Source: an uncultured Bacteroidales bacterium (GTDB lineage Bacteria > Bacteroidota > Bacteroidia > Bacteroidales > UBA10428). Taken from it: 64,000 nt of DNA. The notes beneath the pieces were generated by a model. It ran no database searches. It had not been told where the DNA came from and saw nothing but the letters and a program-made list of their open reading frames with translations. How positions within the stretch are numbered: position 1 is the first letter of the stretch; every line of letters begins with the position of its first letter. Of the stretch, positions 21,378 through 30,744 are shown one piece after another. Made by a program: the position numbers and the translations under genes. The stretch lies in the NCBI GenBank assembly GCA_964592225.1, contig CAZQCO010000008.1, positions 3 through 64,002 on the forward strand, read 5' to 3'.

Positions 21378-22151
21378 ATGAATGAAAAAATAAGTCTTCA
21401 ACAATCAGAGATTCTTACAGAAAAGGAAAAACGCAGATATGCGCAACAAATTAATTTTGCCGGTTTAGGAATTAGTGGCCAGGAAAAAATAAAGAAATCA
21501 AAAATTCTGGTAATAGGTGCAGGAGGGAAGGGAAGTTCAGCATTACAGAATTTGGCATCAGCAGGAGTTGGTACATTGGGAATATGTGATAATTATCGGG
21601 TTACCGAGGATCAGCTGAGCAGGCAACATTTATATGGTGACGGAGATCTTGGAAAGCAGAAAGCTATAATCTCCCGCGAGAAACTAAATCGGATCAACCA
21701 TTCAGTGAATTATCAACTTCATAATGTATGTCTTTCTGAAGAAAATATTGATCTGATTTTATCAGCTTATGATATGCTAATTGACGCCACAGATAATTTT
21801 CCGGCACATTACCTCATTAGTGATGCAGCAATTAGATTGAATAAGCCAGTTGTTTATGGAGCTGTTGATGGTACAAATGGCTATATATCGGTATTTAACT
21901 ATAAAGGCGGACCTTCTTTAAGATGTTGCTATCCAAATCCTCTTAAGGAAAATAAATTAGCAAGTGATAATGGTTTTGCTTGCCAGGTAACAGTAATTAA
22001 TATAGTTGGCTCTATCATGGCCAATGAAGCATTGAAGATTATTGTGGGAAGGGATACTCGGTTAAACGGAAACATGCTTATTGTTGATGCTGCAAATTAC
22101 AAATTCAGTGTAAAAGGTATTAATAAGAACCCTTTAAATTTCGGACAATAA
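21378..22151 (+). CDS. ThiF/MoeB/HesA-family adenylyltransferase (E1-like)
   Basis: RYAQQI (RYxRQ), Rossmann loop VIGAGGKGS, LSRQHLY, and IDATDNF with the catalytic Asp. Confidence 0.8.
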   Translation: MNEKISLQQSEILTEKEKRRYAQQINFAGLGISGQEKIKKSKILVIGAGGKGSSALQNLASAGVGTLGICDNYRVTEDQLSRQHLYGDGDLGKQKAIISREKLNRINHSVNYQLHNVCLSEENIDLILSAYDMLIDATDNFPAHYLISDAAIRLNKPVVYGAVDGTNGYISVFNYKGGPSLRCCYPNPLKENKLASDNGFACQVTVINIVGSIMANEALKIIVGRDTRLNGNMLIVDAANYKFSVKGINKNPLNFGQ

Positions 22152-22292
22152 TCAAATACTTCAGGTTTCTTCAGGCCTGCGCCGTTTATTTGAAAGAAAT
22201 CGTATAGAGTGTGTATAACTTTTATCTATAATCAGTCAAGTTTAACCTGGAGAATTTTTATTTTATGCGGGTAATTACTTGTATACTGGCGA

Positions 22293-24965
22293 ATGATAAA
22301 GTCGTTAAAAAACAGGGTTTTAGCATTTTTTCTCATCGTGGCGATGACAATAGCTTGTGCGGTTTTCCCTCTTAATTACCTGCATCGCGAAAATGAAGCC
22401 ATCAACCGGCTCAAGGTTGAACAGTTAAATGAAGTTTACATTAATTTTGTCAGGGATCTCAAGTATATCAGTGAATTTCTTTCATTTGAAACAACCAATC
22501 CACATTTTTTTATTACCGGTGAAAGCTCATATTTAAAAAATCATGAAAATTTAAGGGATACGATAATCAGTACATTTGCTGCATGGGAGAACCAACAGAG
22601 TATATTCAACCCTATCGACAATAAAAAGGCGGAACATTTGAGCCAGGTTTATAATAGTTTTTGTGTACAATTTGATAGTATCGTTTACCTCGTTTACAAA
22701 AGGGGTTACCGCAATTTAGGAATTGAAGGCGAAATGCTTAGTTATATTTACCATGCTGAAAAAAATTCAAAATTCAGGGAATATACTTACGATTTGCGAA
22801 GAAATGAGAGAGACTACCTGAATCGGAGCGATACTGTTTACGCAAGGGCACTTAGGGCATCTGTCGGTGATCTCATAGGGAAAGTTGGAAAAGGCAAGCG
22901 ATTTAATTCTGAGGAGAGATCTAAGATCATTGCCTTACTTCAAAATTACCGGAACAGTTTCAATGATTTGGTTGTCATCGATCAAATGCTGGGATTAGTA
23001 ACTGATCAGGGATTGAAGCATAAGTTGATAGTACATGGCGATGAACTCGAAATATTACTTGATCAGGCATTGACACAGGCAAAACAAGAAGAGCTAATTC
23101 AGACAACACGCTTAAATCTTTTATTTATAGGGCTTACGCTTTTGCTGCTTCTGTTTGCCATTCTGCTAAGTACGTATCTTTCAAAATATTTGGTATCACA
23201 TCTTGAAAAATTGACACACTATATTTCTCAGTTGGCTACTCATAATTTTAACTATACCGATGAAAAACTGAATCTCAGAAGGGCAAGTAAAGAAATAAGG
23301 GAAATATATAAGGAGTTTCGGCATATGGTGGCACAGTTAAGGATACGTGAGAAACAACGCGATGATGCATTGGCTGATGTGATGGAGGAAGAACAAAGAT
23401 ATCGTGAGCTTACTGATTTACTCCCCCAGGGAATTTTTGAAACCGACGGATTAGGCAATCTTATTTATGCAAATAAAGCATGGTACAAAGCTTTCGGATA
23501 TTCACAAAATGATATTGAAGAAGGACTTAATCTTATCGAAATATTGCAGACAAATACCGAGAACAATCTTTTTGGGATAGACAAGGTTGAAAACTCCGAT
23601 TATATAGCCATTCGCAAAGATGGAAGACGATTCCCGGCACTGGTATATTCGAACACTATTGTAAAAAATGACGCTATTTCAGGAAGAAGAGGGATTATTA
23701 TAGATGCTACCCTTCGGAATAAGTATATTGAAACACTTCAGAAAGAAACTGAAAGAGCAGTGAATTCTGACAAACTTAAATCTTCTTTCCTTGCCAATAT
23801 GAGTCATGAAATTCGTACTCCCATGAATTCGATTATAGGCTTTTCAAATCTGTTAACGAGCGATACAATTGCGAAGGAACAGAAAATGGAATTCATAAAA
23901 TATATTCAATCGAGTGGCAGAATACTCCTTAACCTGATTGATGATATTATCGATATTGCCAAGATAGAAGCCGGAGAGATTAAAATAAAGCATGGACAAT
24001 GTGAACCAAAAAAAATGATCAGTGAATTGATCAAAACTTTCGAAGGCTACAAATCGACTATAGGAAAAGTGGATATTGAAATTATAGTTAAGTTACCTGA
24101 AGATGATATTGTTTTCAGAACCGATCCCTTCCGATTGAGACAAATTATTACAAACCTGGTGAGCAATGCTATTAAATTTACTGAGAAAGGTTCTGTAACC
24201 ATTGAATGTAGTATAAAAAACGATCGTTTCATTGAGTTTTCTGTTAACGATACAGGCATAGGAATGACCAAGGAAGAAATGAATGTGATTTTCTCTCGAT
24301 TCAAAAGAACAAGCAATTCAGAAGAGAAGAATATTAGTGGTACGGGACTGGGCTTATCTATTTCAAAGAATCTGGTAGAACTTCTCGGGGGTCAGATGTG
24401 GGTGAGCTCTGTTCCCGAAGAGGGAACACGCTTCTGGTTCCATTTACCCTATACAAGAATTTTGGATAGTAGTGTTATATCACAAAAAATTCAATCTTCT
24501 TCCGGAGAAACTTCTTACAACTGGAAAGGGCGAACAATACTTGTAGCTGAAGATGATGATAACAGTTACATTTACTTAAAGGGAATTTTGCAAAAAACCT
24601 ATGCTCATGTTATTCGTGCTATAAATGGCAGAGAGGCTGTGGAAGCTGTAAAATTAACCAATGACATTGATCTTGTTCTCATGGATATTCGAATGCCAAA
24701 TCTTGATGGATATGCTGCTACTAAAGAAATAAAGAAAACTCATTCCAGCCTTCCGGTTATTGCACAAACTGCCTATGCAATGGATGGAGACAAAGAGAAG
24801 AGCATACTTTCCGGGTGTGATGATTATCTCACTAAACCTATTGAACCTTCAAAACTTCTGGATAAAATCAGCCAATTCCTTCCATCGACAATTGAAAAGA
24901 AAAGTAAACAATTAGAAGGATCAACAGAAGATACTGTACCCGAACCGAAAAAAGAAAAGCATTAA
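22293..24965 (+). CDS. Hybrid sensor histidine kinase / response regulator
   Basis: N-terminal TM, a ~250-aa unknown sensor region and a second TM. Then a PAS-like segment, H-box SHEIRTPMNSI, N/G boxes (NLVSNAIKFT, DTGIGM, GTGLGLSI) and a C-terminal REC (LVLMDIRMPNLDG ... YLTKP). Confidence 0.9.
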   Translation: MIKSLKNRVLAFFLIVAMTIACAVFPLNYLHRENEAINRLKVEQLNEVYINFVRDLKYISEFLSFETTNPHFFITGESSYLKNHENLRDTIISTFAAWENQQSIFNPIDNKKAEHLSQVYNSFCVQFDSIVYLVYKRGYRNLGIEGEMLSYIYHAEKNSKFREYTYDLRRNERDYLNRSDTVYARALRASVGDLIGKVGKGKRFNSEERSKIIALLQNYRNSFNDLVVIDQMLGLVTDQGLKHKLIVHGDELEILLDQALTQAKQEELIQTTRLNLLFIGLTLLLLLFAILLSTYLSKYLVSHLEKLTHYISQLATHNFNYTDEKLNLRRASKEIREIYKEFRHMVAQLRIREKQRDDALADVMEEEQRYRELTDLLPQGIFETDGLGNLIYANKAWYKAFGYSQNDIEEGLNLIEILQTNTENNLFGIDKVENSDYIAIRKDGRRFPALVYSNTIVKNDAISGRRGIIIDATLRNKYIETLQKETERAVNSDKLKSSFLANMSHEIRTPMNSIIGFSNLLTSDTIAKEQKMEFIKYIQSSGRILLNLIDDIIDIAKIEAGEIKIKHGQCEPKKMISELIKTFEGYKSTIGKVDIEIIVKLPEDDIVFRTDPFRLRQIITNLVSNAIKFTEKGSVTIECSIKNDRFIEFSVNDTGIGMTKEEMNVIFSRFKRTSNSEEKNISGTGLGLSISKNLVELLGGQMWVSSVPEEGTRFWFHLPYTRILDSSVISQKIQSSSGETSYNWKGRTILVAEDDDNSYIYLKGILQKTYAHVIRAINGREAVEAVKLTNDIDLVLMDIRMPNLDGYAATKEIKKTHSSLPVIAQTAYAMDGDKEKSILSGCDDYLTKPIEPSKLLDKISQFLPSTIEKKSKQLEGSTEDTVPEPKKEKH

Positions 24966-24972
24966 AAAGCCG

Positions 24973-25680
24973 ATGCGTCTTTTACTATTCAGCAACTCAA
25001 CCAATACAGGTGAAGAATATCTGGGATATACACTTCCCTATATTGATACATTTCTGGGAGGAATTGAAAGAAAAGCCTTATTTATTCCCTATGCCGGTAT
25101 TTCGCTTGGTTTTGATGCCTACTTCGAGATGGTTAAAAAACAAGTAAGCAAGCTATCAGTTCAGCTTATTTCAATTCATCATATCGACAATAAAGAACAG
25201 GCGGTAAAAGAGGCAAAGATTATTATCACAGGTGGCGGTAATACCTTTCATCTATTAAAATCTCTCCAGGATGAGGGATTAATAGATCGCATTAGAAGTC
25301 AGGTACAAAACGGTATTCCTTATATTGGCTGGAGTGCCGGATCTAATCTGGCCTGCCCGACTATACGCACAACCAATGACATGCCGATTGTAGAGCCTGA
25401 GGACTTCGGAGCATTAAACCTCATTCCATTTCAAATAAATCCTCATTATACCGATTTTCAACAAGCCGGTCATGCAGGTGAAACACGCGAAATGAGACTG
25501 CAGGAATTTATCCTGGTCAACCGGCAAATGTATGTAGCCGGATTACGCGAAGGCACACTATTTCGAATCGTTGACGAAAAAATTGAGTTACTCGGTAAAA
25601 AATCCTGCCGAATATTCCGTTACGATCAGATTCCGGTCGAAATAAATCCTGGTGAAAATTTGGATTTTCTTATGCAATAA
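24973..25680 (+). CDS. pepE: Dipeptidase E (peptidase S51)
   Basis: IIITGGGNTFHLL, GWSAGSN (nucleophile Ser), HY..., typical of PepE. Confidence 0.8.
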   Translation: MRLLLFSNSTNTGEEYLGYTLPYIDTFLGGIERKALFIPYAGISLGFDAYFEMVKKQVSKLSVQLISIHHIDNKEQAVKEAKIIITGGGNTFHLLKSLQDEGLIDRIRSQVQNGIPYIGWSAGSNLACPTIRTTNDMPIVEPEDFGALNLIPFQINPHYTDFQQAGHAGETREMRLQEFILVNRQMYVAGLREGTLFRIVDEKIELLGKKSCRIFRYDQIPVEINPGENLDFLMQ

Positions 25681-25744
25681 ATCGCGGTATCTTAGCATTT
25701 GTATACTAAAGGATTTATAAACAAAGCCTCAGCATTTTTCTAAA

Positions 25745-28330
25745 GTGAGCCGACGAATACTTATACGGATTATTATTGCACTGGCAGGATTCTGGATCAT
25801 CCTGTTATGCCTCATCTATATTTCCGGTGAAAAATATCGCGATCATGCTATATCGATATTAAGAGCTCAACTTGATGAATATCTTCTTACTGAAATTCAT
25901 GTTCGAAAAAACAACATTCATGTTTCATTGATTAAAAAATTCCCTTATGCAGTAGTCGATTTGGAGGATATCCTGATTAAATCATCACCGGATTTTACCC
26001 GGAGCGATTTTCAGAATCCCAACAGTGATACTTTGCTATTCGCTTCAACAATTTCCCTGATGTTTAATTTGAAAAGCTTGTTTACAAAAACCTATGTGTT
26101 GAAAAAAATCGAAATACAGGATGCAAAACTAAATATACTGGGTGATACTAAAGGAAGGTTCAATTACAATATTTTAAGAAAGAATCGAACAAACGAATTG
26201 CAGGACACCATAAATTTTGATTTAAATGATATCAGGATACGGAATTTGTTGTTTAACTATAACATCCGGAAATCCGATGTAAGAATTACGGGGAAAATTC
26301 AGAAAGCACAGCTATCAGGAAGTTTCAGCGAATCGGAATTTCATTTAAATAGCCGGTTTGAGGTTAGAAATACATCCATTGAGGTTGAGGGGAAAAACTT
26401 AATAGCCGACGAAGATTTTTCCCTTAAATGCGATCTTCAGGAGAAAGAATCTGTCTATATTTTTTCAAAAGGTGATTTGACTTTATTTGGTATTCATATG
26501 AATGCTGAAGGAACATACAATTCAACGAAAAGCGATTATAATTTTTCTCTGGCATGCACTTCTGCACTCTTTCAGAAATTAGATAATAATCTTGTAAACC
26601 GATATCTGGGAGATTTAGATTTGAAGCCCACTGGGGGAAATATGGATATCCGTTTTCAGATTTCAGGCAGGAATCCTGTTCCGCCCTTGATAAAGCTCAG
26701 TTTTTTAATTAATAATGGTGTAATTAAACATAGAGAGAGCAGGATTAAAGCGGAGAATGTATTTATTAAGGGATTCTATACAAACGGTCAGCAACGTAAG
26801 GCCAATTCAAATCATCTTCAGCTAGACAGTCTCTTCCTAAAATCAGGTAGTACTGAGATTTATCTGTCCGGGAGCATTGATAATTTTATGAGTCCTTCGA
26901 TAAAGGGAAATATCAGGGGGAATTTGGAACTCAGTAAATTAAGCATATTCAAATCAGTTGAAGAAAAGATAGAAATGAAGGGAAATATTTCGATGAATGT
27001 AACCATTGATGGCACACTCCCGCAAGTTAAAAATTTGAAAACAAAGGATATCAGAAAAATCAATCTTCAGGGTATTCTTTTGTTAGATGAAGCCAGTTTC
27101 AATATGAAAAACAGAGCCATTCCCTCTTCCACAGTTTCAGGCAGGATCAGCCTGAAAAATCTTTCCGAAATATACCTGGAGAACATCCATGTAAATACAG
27201 GAGTAAGTGATTTACAGCTGAAAGGAAGTGTTACAAATCTTCCATTTTTTACAAGTGATCATTCGCAGTTTCCCATTTACAGGTGCAGTGTAATATCGAA
27301 TGAATTTCATATGGAAGATTTTTTAATGACTCCAGACGGGGAAAGTGATTCCATGCAGGTTCTTTTTCCCGATTCAATGATCGTTTATGCTGATTTTACA
27401 GTAAAATCTTTTGCATTTGGGAAGTTCCAGGCAAATGGCGTATCAGGGACCCTTTCTTATCAGCCAAAGACAATCGAAATCAAAGATTTTGTGATGCAAA
27501 GTCAGGGTGGAACTATACAGAGCGACATTTCCTTTACACAGCTTGAAAGGACCATTACTTCCAATTCCGAAGCCAATTTTCAACATGTCGATATACGCGA
27601 TTTGTTTTATGCTTTTAATGATTTTGGGCAATCGGTATTAACACACGAATATATTGACGGTGCTCTAACAGGATATGCTGATGTAACAGCTGTATGGGAT
27701 TTGCATTTAAATCCGCTGTATGATAAGTTGACGATTCGATCTGACTTCATTATTGAAAAGGGGGAACTTGTTAATTACCAACCCCTCCTTGGGCTATCGG
27801 ATTATATTCAGGTGGAAGAACTCAAACATATCAAATTTGATGATTTGCATGCCGATGTATGGGTCGCAGACAGAAAGGTTGTTATTGAGCAGACTCAAAT
27901 CAATTCATCGGCTATTTCGCTTCTGGCTTCAGGAGAACATGATTTTGAGAACCGATATGCTTACCGGATCCAGGTTCATCTGGCAGATGTACTGTGGAAA
28001 AAAGCCAAAAAGAAGAAAAATCTGGATACGGAATTTGGGTATATTGTCGACGATGAACATCAACGTACAATTCTACCCTTGATTATTACAGGAAAAGACA
28101 CAATATTCAAAGTCAGCTATGACAAGAAAACGGGAGGATCTATTTTCCGGGATAGAATAATACAGGAAAAGCAGGAATGGAAAGAACTTGTATATCCCGA
28201 TCCATCAACAAATTCTGACAAACAAAATTTTAAAGTTGAATGGAATGAAGAAGATGATAGCCCGGTAAATACTAGTCCTAATGATAATGACAATGCTGAT
28301 GAGTTTCATATAGAGTGGGACGATGAATAG
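25745..28330 (+). CDS. AsmA-like large envelope protein
   Basis: N-terminal TM anchor, an 860-aa beta-rich repetitive body and an acidic C-terminal tail. GTG start. Assignment is by architecture only. Confidence 0.5.
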   Translation: MSRRILIRIIIALAGFWIILLCLIYISGEKYRDHAISILRAQLDEYLLTEIHVRKNNIHVSLIKKFPYAVVDLEDILIKSSPDFTRSDFQNPNSDTLLFASTISLMFNLKSLFTKTYVLKKIEIQDAKLNILGDTKGRFNYNILRKNRTNELQDTINFDLNDIRIRNLLFNYNIRKSDVRITGKIQKAQLSGSFSESEFHLNSRFEVRNTSIEVEGKNLIADEDFSLKCDLQEKESVYIFSKGDLTLFGIHMNAEGTYNSTKSDYNFSLACTSALFQKLDNNLVNRYLGDLDLKPTGGNMDIRFQISGRNPVPPLIKLSFLINNGVIKHRESRIKAENVFIKGFYTNGQQRKANSNHLQLDSLFLKSGSTEIYLSGSIDNFMSPSIKGNIRGNLELSKLSIFKSVEEKIEMKGNISMNVTIDGTLPQVKNLKTKDIRKINLQGILLLDEASFNMKNRAIPSSTVSGRISLKNLSEIYLENIHVNTGVSDLQLKGSVTNLPFFTSDHSQFPIYRCSVISNEFHMEDFLMTPDGESDSMQVLFPDSMIVYADFTVKSFAFGKFQANGVSGTLSYQPKTIEIKDFVMQSQGGTIQSDISFTQLERTITSNSEANFQHVDIRDLFYAFNDFGQSVLTHEYIDGALTGYADVTAVWDLHLNPLYDKLTIRSDFIIEKGELVNYQPLLGLSDYIQVEELKHIKFDDLHADVWVADRKVVIEQTQINSSAISLLASGEHDFENRYAYRIQVHLADVLWKKAKKKKNLDTEFGYIVDDEHQRTILPLIITGKDTIFKVSYDKKTGGSIFRDRIIQEKQEWKELVYPDPSTNSDKQNFKVEWNEEDDSPVNTSPNDNDNADEFHIEWDDE

Positions 28331-28412
28331 ATTGAAAGGATTGTCCAATTCACAGTAATTTAGCTAGTTTCATTATATTTGGAGGTATTGAATTGATTGT
28401 AGATGAGTAACT

Positions 28413-29561
28413 ATGAATATTTACAAGAAAAAGATCCGGTGGAAGTTTTCCCTTTTTCTTTGTGCGGCAGCAATTGGTGTAGGCTCACTTTGGTATACTA
28501 ACAATCTGGTTAAAAAGCTCGCTGCCGAAGAGAGGAAGAAAGTAGAATTGTGGGCAAAAGCCACCAGCCTGATCCCCAAAACAGACATTAAAGGCGAAAG
28601 TCTTGATTTCCTGTTTTCCGTTGTACAGTTTAACGAAACAGTACCTGTCATTCTTGTCGATCAGGATACCAATATCCTCATGTATCGTAACCTGGATACG
28701 ACTAAAATATCTAATCCACTCTACCTTCAACACAGACTTGAGGATATGATGGAAGATAATCCACCCATTGAGATAGAATATTTGCCCCATAAAATGCAAT
28801 ACCTGTATTATAGCCGGTCGATTATTTTAAATAAACTGACATACTATCCATTTATTCAACTGGCGGTTATACTCCTTTTTATTATGGTGGCCTATTTTGC
28901 TTTCAGCTCATCGCGAAAGGCCGAACAAAACCAGGTGTGGGTTGGATTATCGAAAGAAACAGCGCATCAGTTAGGAACACCCATATCTTCATTGCTGGCC
29001 TGGCTCGAATTTTTAAAGCAGGAAGAAAATAACTCAATACCGGCTCATGAACTGGAGAAGGATATCATGCGCCTGAGCAAGATCACCGATCGATTTTCAA
29101 AAATAGGGTCACAGCCTGTTCTTACACCCAACAATTTAAATACAATTATTGATACTACAATGAGCTACCTCAGAAGCCGTTCGTCTGATAAAATCAGTTT
29201 TGCAGTAGAAGCAAATAAAGACAATATAATGGTACCGGTGAATCCTCCGCTTTTCGAATGGGTAATAGAAAATGTATGCAAGAATGCTATGGATGCTATT
29301 GAAGGTGAGGGGGAAATCAAACTTTCAATAACTGATGAAGCACACACAGTGACCATAGATATTGCCGACAATGGAAAAGGGGTGCCAAAAACACAATTCA
29401 AAACCATTTTTAAACCGGGGTTTACTACCAAAGCCCGCGGGTGGGGTCTGGGTCTATCGCTGACAAAACGAATAGTGGAAGAGTACCATAAAGGGCGGAT
29501 TTTTGTTGCAGAATCGGAAATGACCAGGGGAACAACAATTCGTATTTTACTTAAGAAATAA
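28413..29561 (+). CDS. Membrane sensor histidine kinase
   Basis: Two TM segments flanking a ~110-aa loop. H-box ETAHQLGTPISSL and ATPase boxes NVCKNAMDA, DNGKGV, GWGLGLSL. Confidence 0.8.
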   Translation: MNIYKKKIRWKFSLFLCAAAIGVGSLWYTNNLVKKLAAEERKKVELWAKATSLIPKTDIKGESLDFLFSVVQFNETVPVILVDQDTNILMYRNLDTTKISNPLYLQHRLEDMMEDNPPIEIEYLPHKMQYLYYSRSIILNKLTYYPFIQLAVILLFIMVAYFAFSSSRKAEQNQVWVGLSKETAHQLGTPISSLLAWLEFLKQEENNSIPAHELEKDIMRLSKITDRFSKIGSQPVLTPNNLNTIIDTTMSYLRSRSSDKISFAVEANKDNIMVPVNPPLFEWVIENVCKNAMDAIEGEGEIKLSITDEAHTVTIDIADNGKGVPKTQFKTIFKPGFTTKARGWGLGLSLTKRIVEEYHKGRIFVAESEMTRGTTIRILLKK

Positions 29562-29570
29562 GAATAAAAA

Positions 29571-29969
29571 GTGGAAGGGCATCAGAAAATTAGGAATACC
29601 TTTACTAAGATGGAACGACTAAGCTCAAAAAAGAAAATAGACCTATTGTTTAAGAATGGTATTTCTAAACGGGACGGTTGTATTCATATGGTTTATCTTA
29701 TTACCGACAATGAACCGGAATCGTCTGTCCAGGTGATGTTCTCAGTTTCAAAAAAACTGTTTCCGAGAGCTGTTGACCGTAATCTTTTAAAACGGCGTAT
29801 GCGCGAAGCATACCGGCTGAATAAAAAAGAAATTATGGAAGCCTTCAGTAAAGCGAAAAAACAACTGATAGTGGCATTCTTATATATAGGTAAAACTGAG
29901 GAATCGTATTCTGCTATTGAAAGTTATATAAAACAATTGCTATCTGAAATTCCGGTGTCAAGACCATAA
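29571..29969 (+). CDS. rnpA: Ribonuclease P protein component
   Basis: FTKMERLSSKKKIDLLFKNG and RAVDRNLLKRRMREAYR are typical of RnpA. The start (GTG 29571) is uncertain. Confidence 0.75.
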   Translation: MEGHQKIRNTFTKMERLSSKKKIDLLFKNGISKRDGCIHMVYLITDNEPESSVQVMFSVSKKLFPRAVDRNLLKRRMREAYRLNKKEIMEAFSKAKKQLIVAFLYIGKTEESYSAIESYIKQLLSEIPVSRP

Positions 29970-30000
29970 AATATAAAAGCATACAGAATAAATAACCAAG

Positions 30001-30019
30001 CCGGAAATATTCTTTCCGG
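30001..30019. terminator. Bidirectional stem-loop between rnpA and tRNA-Gln
   Basis: CCGGAAA-TATTC-TTTCCGG, followed by T-rich tracts on both strands. Confidence 0.5.
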
Positions 30020-30036
30020 CTTGTTTATTTATTTAG

Positions 30037-30107
30037 CTGTCCCGCCAAGATTCGAACTTGGGCAGGCAGAACCAAAATCTGCAGTGCTACCATTACACCA
30101 CGGGACA
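30037..30107 (-). tRNA. tRNA-Gln (anticodon UUG)
   Basis: Folded by hand. Acceptor TGTCCCG/CGGGACA, D arm GTGT-AATGGTA-GCAC, anticodon arm GCAGA-TTTTGGT-TCTGC, T arm CCAAG-TTCGAAT-CTTGG. 71 nt with no encoded CCA. Confidence 0.85.
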
Positions 30108-30118
30108 AAAAAGAGGGG

Positions 30119-30148
30119 CAAATATACGACAAAAATAAAATTACCAAA
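30119..30148 (-). promoter_or_regulatory. Bacteroidota-type promoter for tRNA-Gln (-33 TTTG, -7 TATATTTG)
   Basis: On the minus strand, TTTG (30148..30145), 18 nt, then TATATTTG (30126..30119), ending 11 nt before the tRNA 5' end. Confidence 0.4.
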
Positions 30149-30222
30149 GTCTTTTAAAACTCTCCAAAGAACTTTTTACGCTCGTTTCTGCCGGTAATAA
30201 TCAAATCCGTATTGCTGCCAAT

Positions 30223-30744
30223 CTATTTCTTTAATACGAATCGCCAGGGTTTGGAAATCCAGGGTTCGCCTGCATACTCAATTCCTATTCGGGGAGTAGT
30301 ATGATAGGCTGAAGCAGTATACTCAGCAGCTATCCATATACGTTTCGATCTGCAGAGGTGTTCGCCGTAATAGGAACCATCTATACCCAATTCACGGGTT
30401 AGTTTTCCGGGCCCGTTGAATCCTTCAATACCTCTTATCAGGACAGCTTCCGGACGATTTGCCGGTCCGGTAACAATATTGAGCATCCAATACATTCCAT
30501 ATATCAGATAGGTGTAAAGATGGCCCCCATCGTGGTACATGATTTCGGTACGCGGGGTCCGGCCTTTGCTGGCATGACAGGCAAGATCTTCTTCTCCGTT
30601 GTAAGCTTCAACTTCTGTTATCCGATAAGATTTTGTGTGGTTTCCATTGTTGTGAACTATGTATTTTCCTATTAATTCTGGAGCAACTGCCAGCGCATGG
30701 CGGAGGTAAAAACTTTCATTAAGCTTACTAGGAACCTGAGTCAT
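30223..30744 (-). CDS. DNA-3-methyladenine glycosylase (AAG/Mpg family)
   Basis: APELIGKYIV, ITEVEAYNGEEDLACHASKGRTPRTEIMY and LYTYLIYGMYWMLNIV are typical of the Mpg family. Met at 30744 is preferred, which overlaps the upstream ORF by 17 nt. Confidence 0.85.
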   Translation of the reverse strand: MTQVPSKLNESFYLRHALAVAPELIGKYIVHNNGNHTKSYRITEVEAYNGEEDLACHASKGRTPRTEIMYHDGGHLYTYLIYGMYWMLNIVTGPANRPEAVLIRGIEGFNGPGKLTRELGIDGSYYGEHLCRSKRIWIAAEYTASAYHTTPRIGIEYAGEPWISKPWRFVLKK

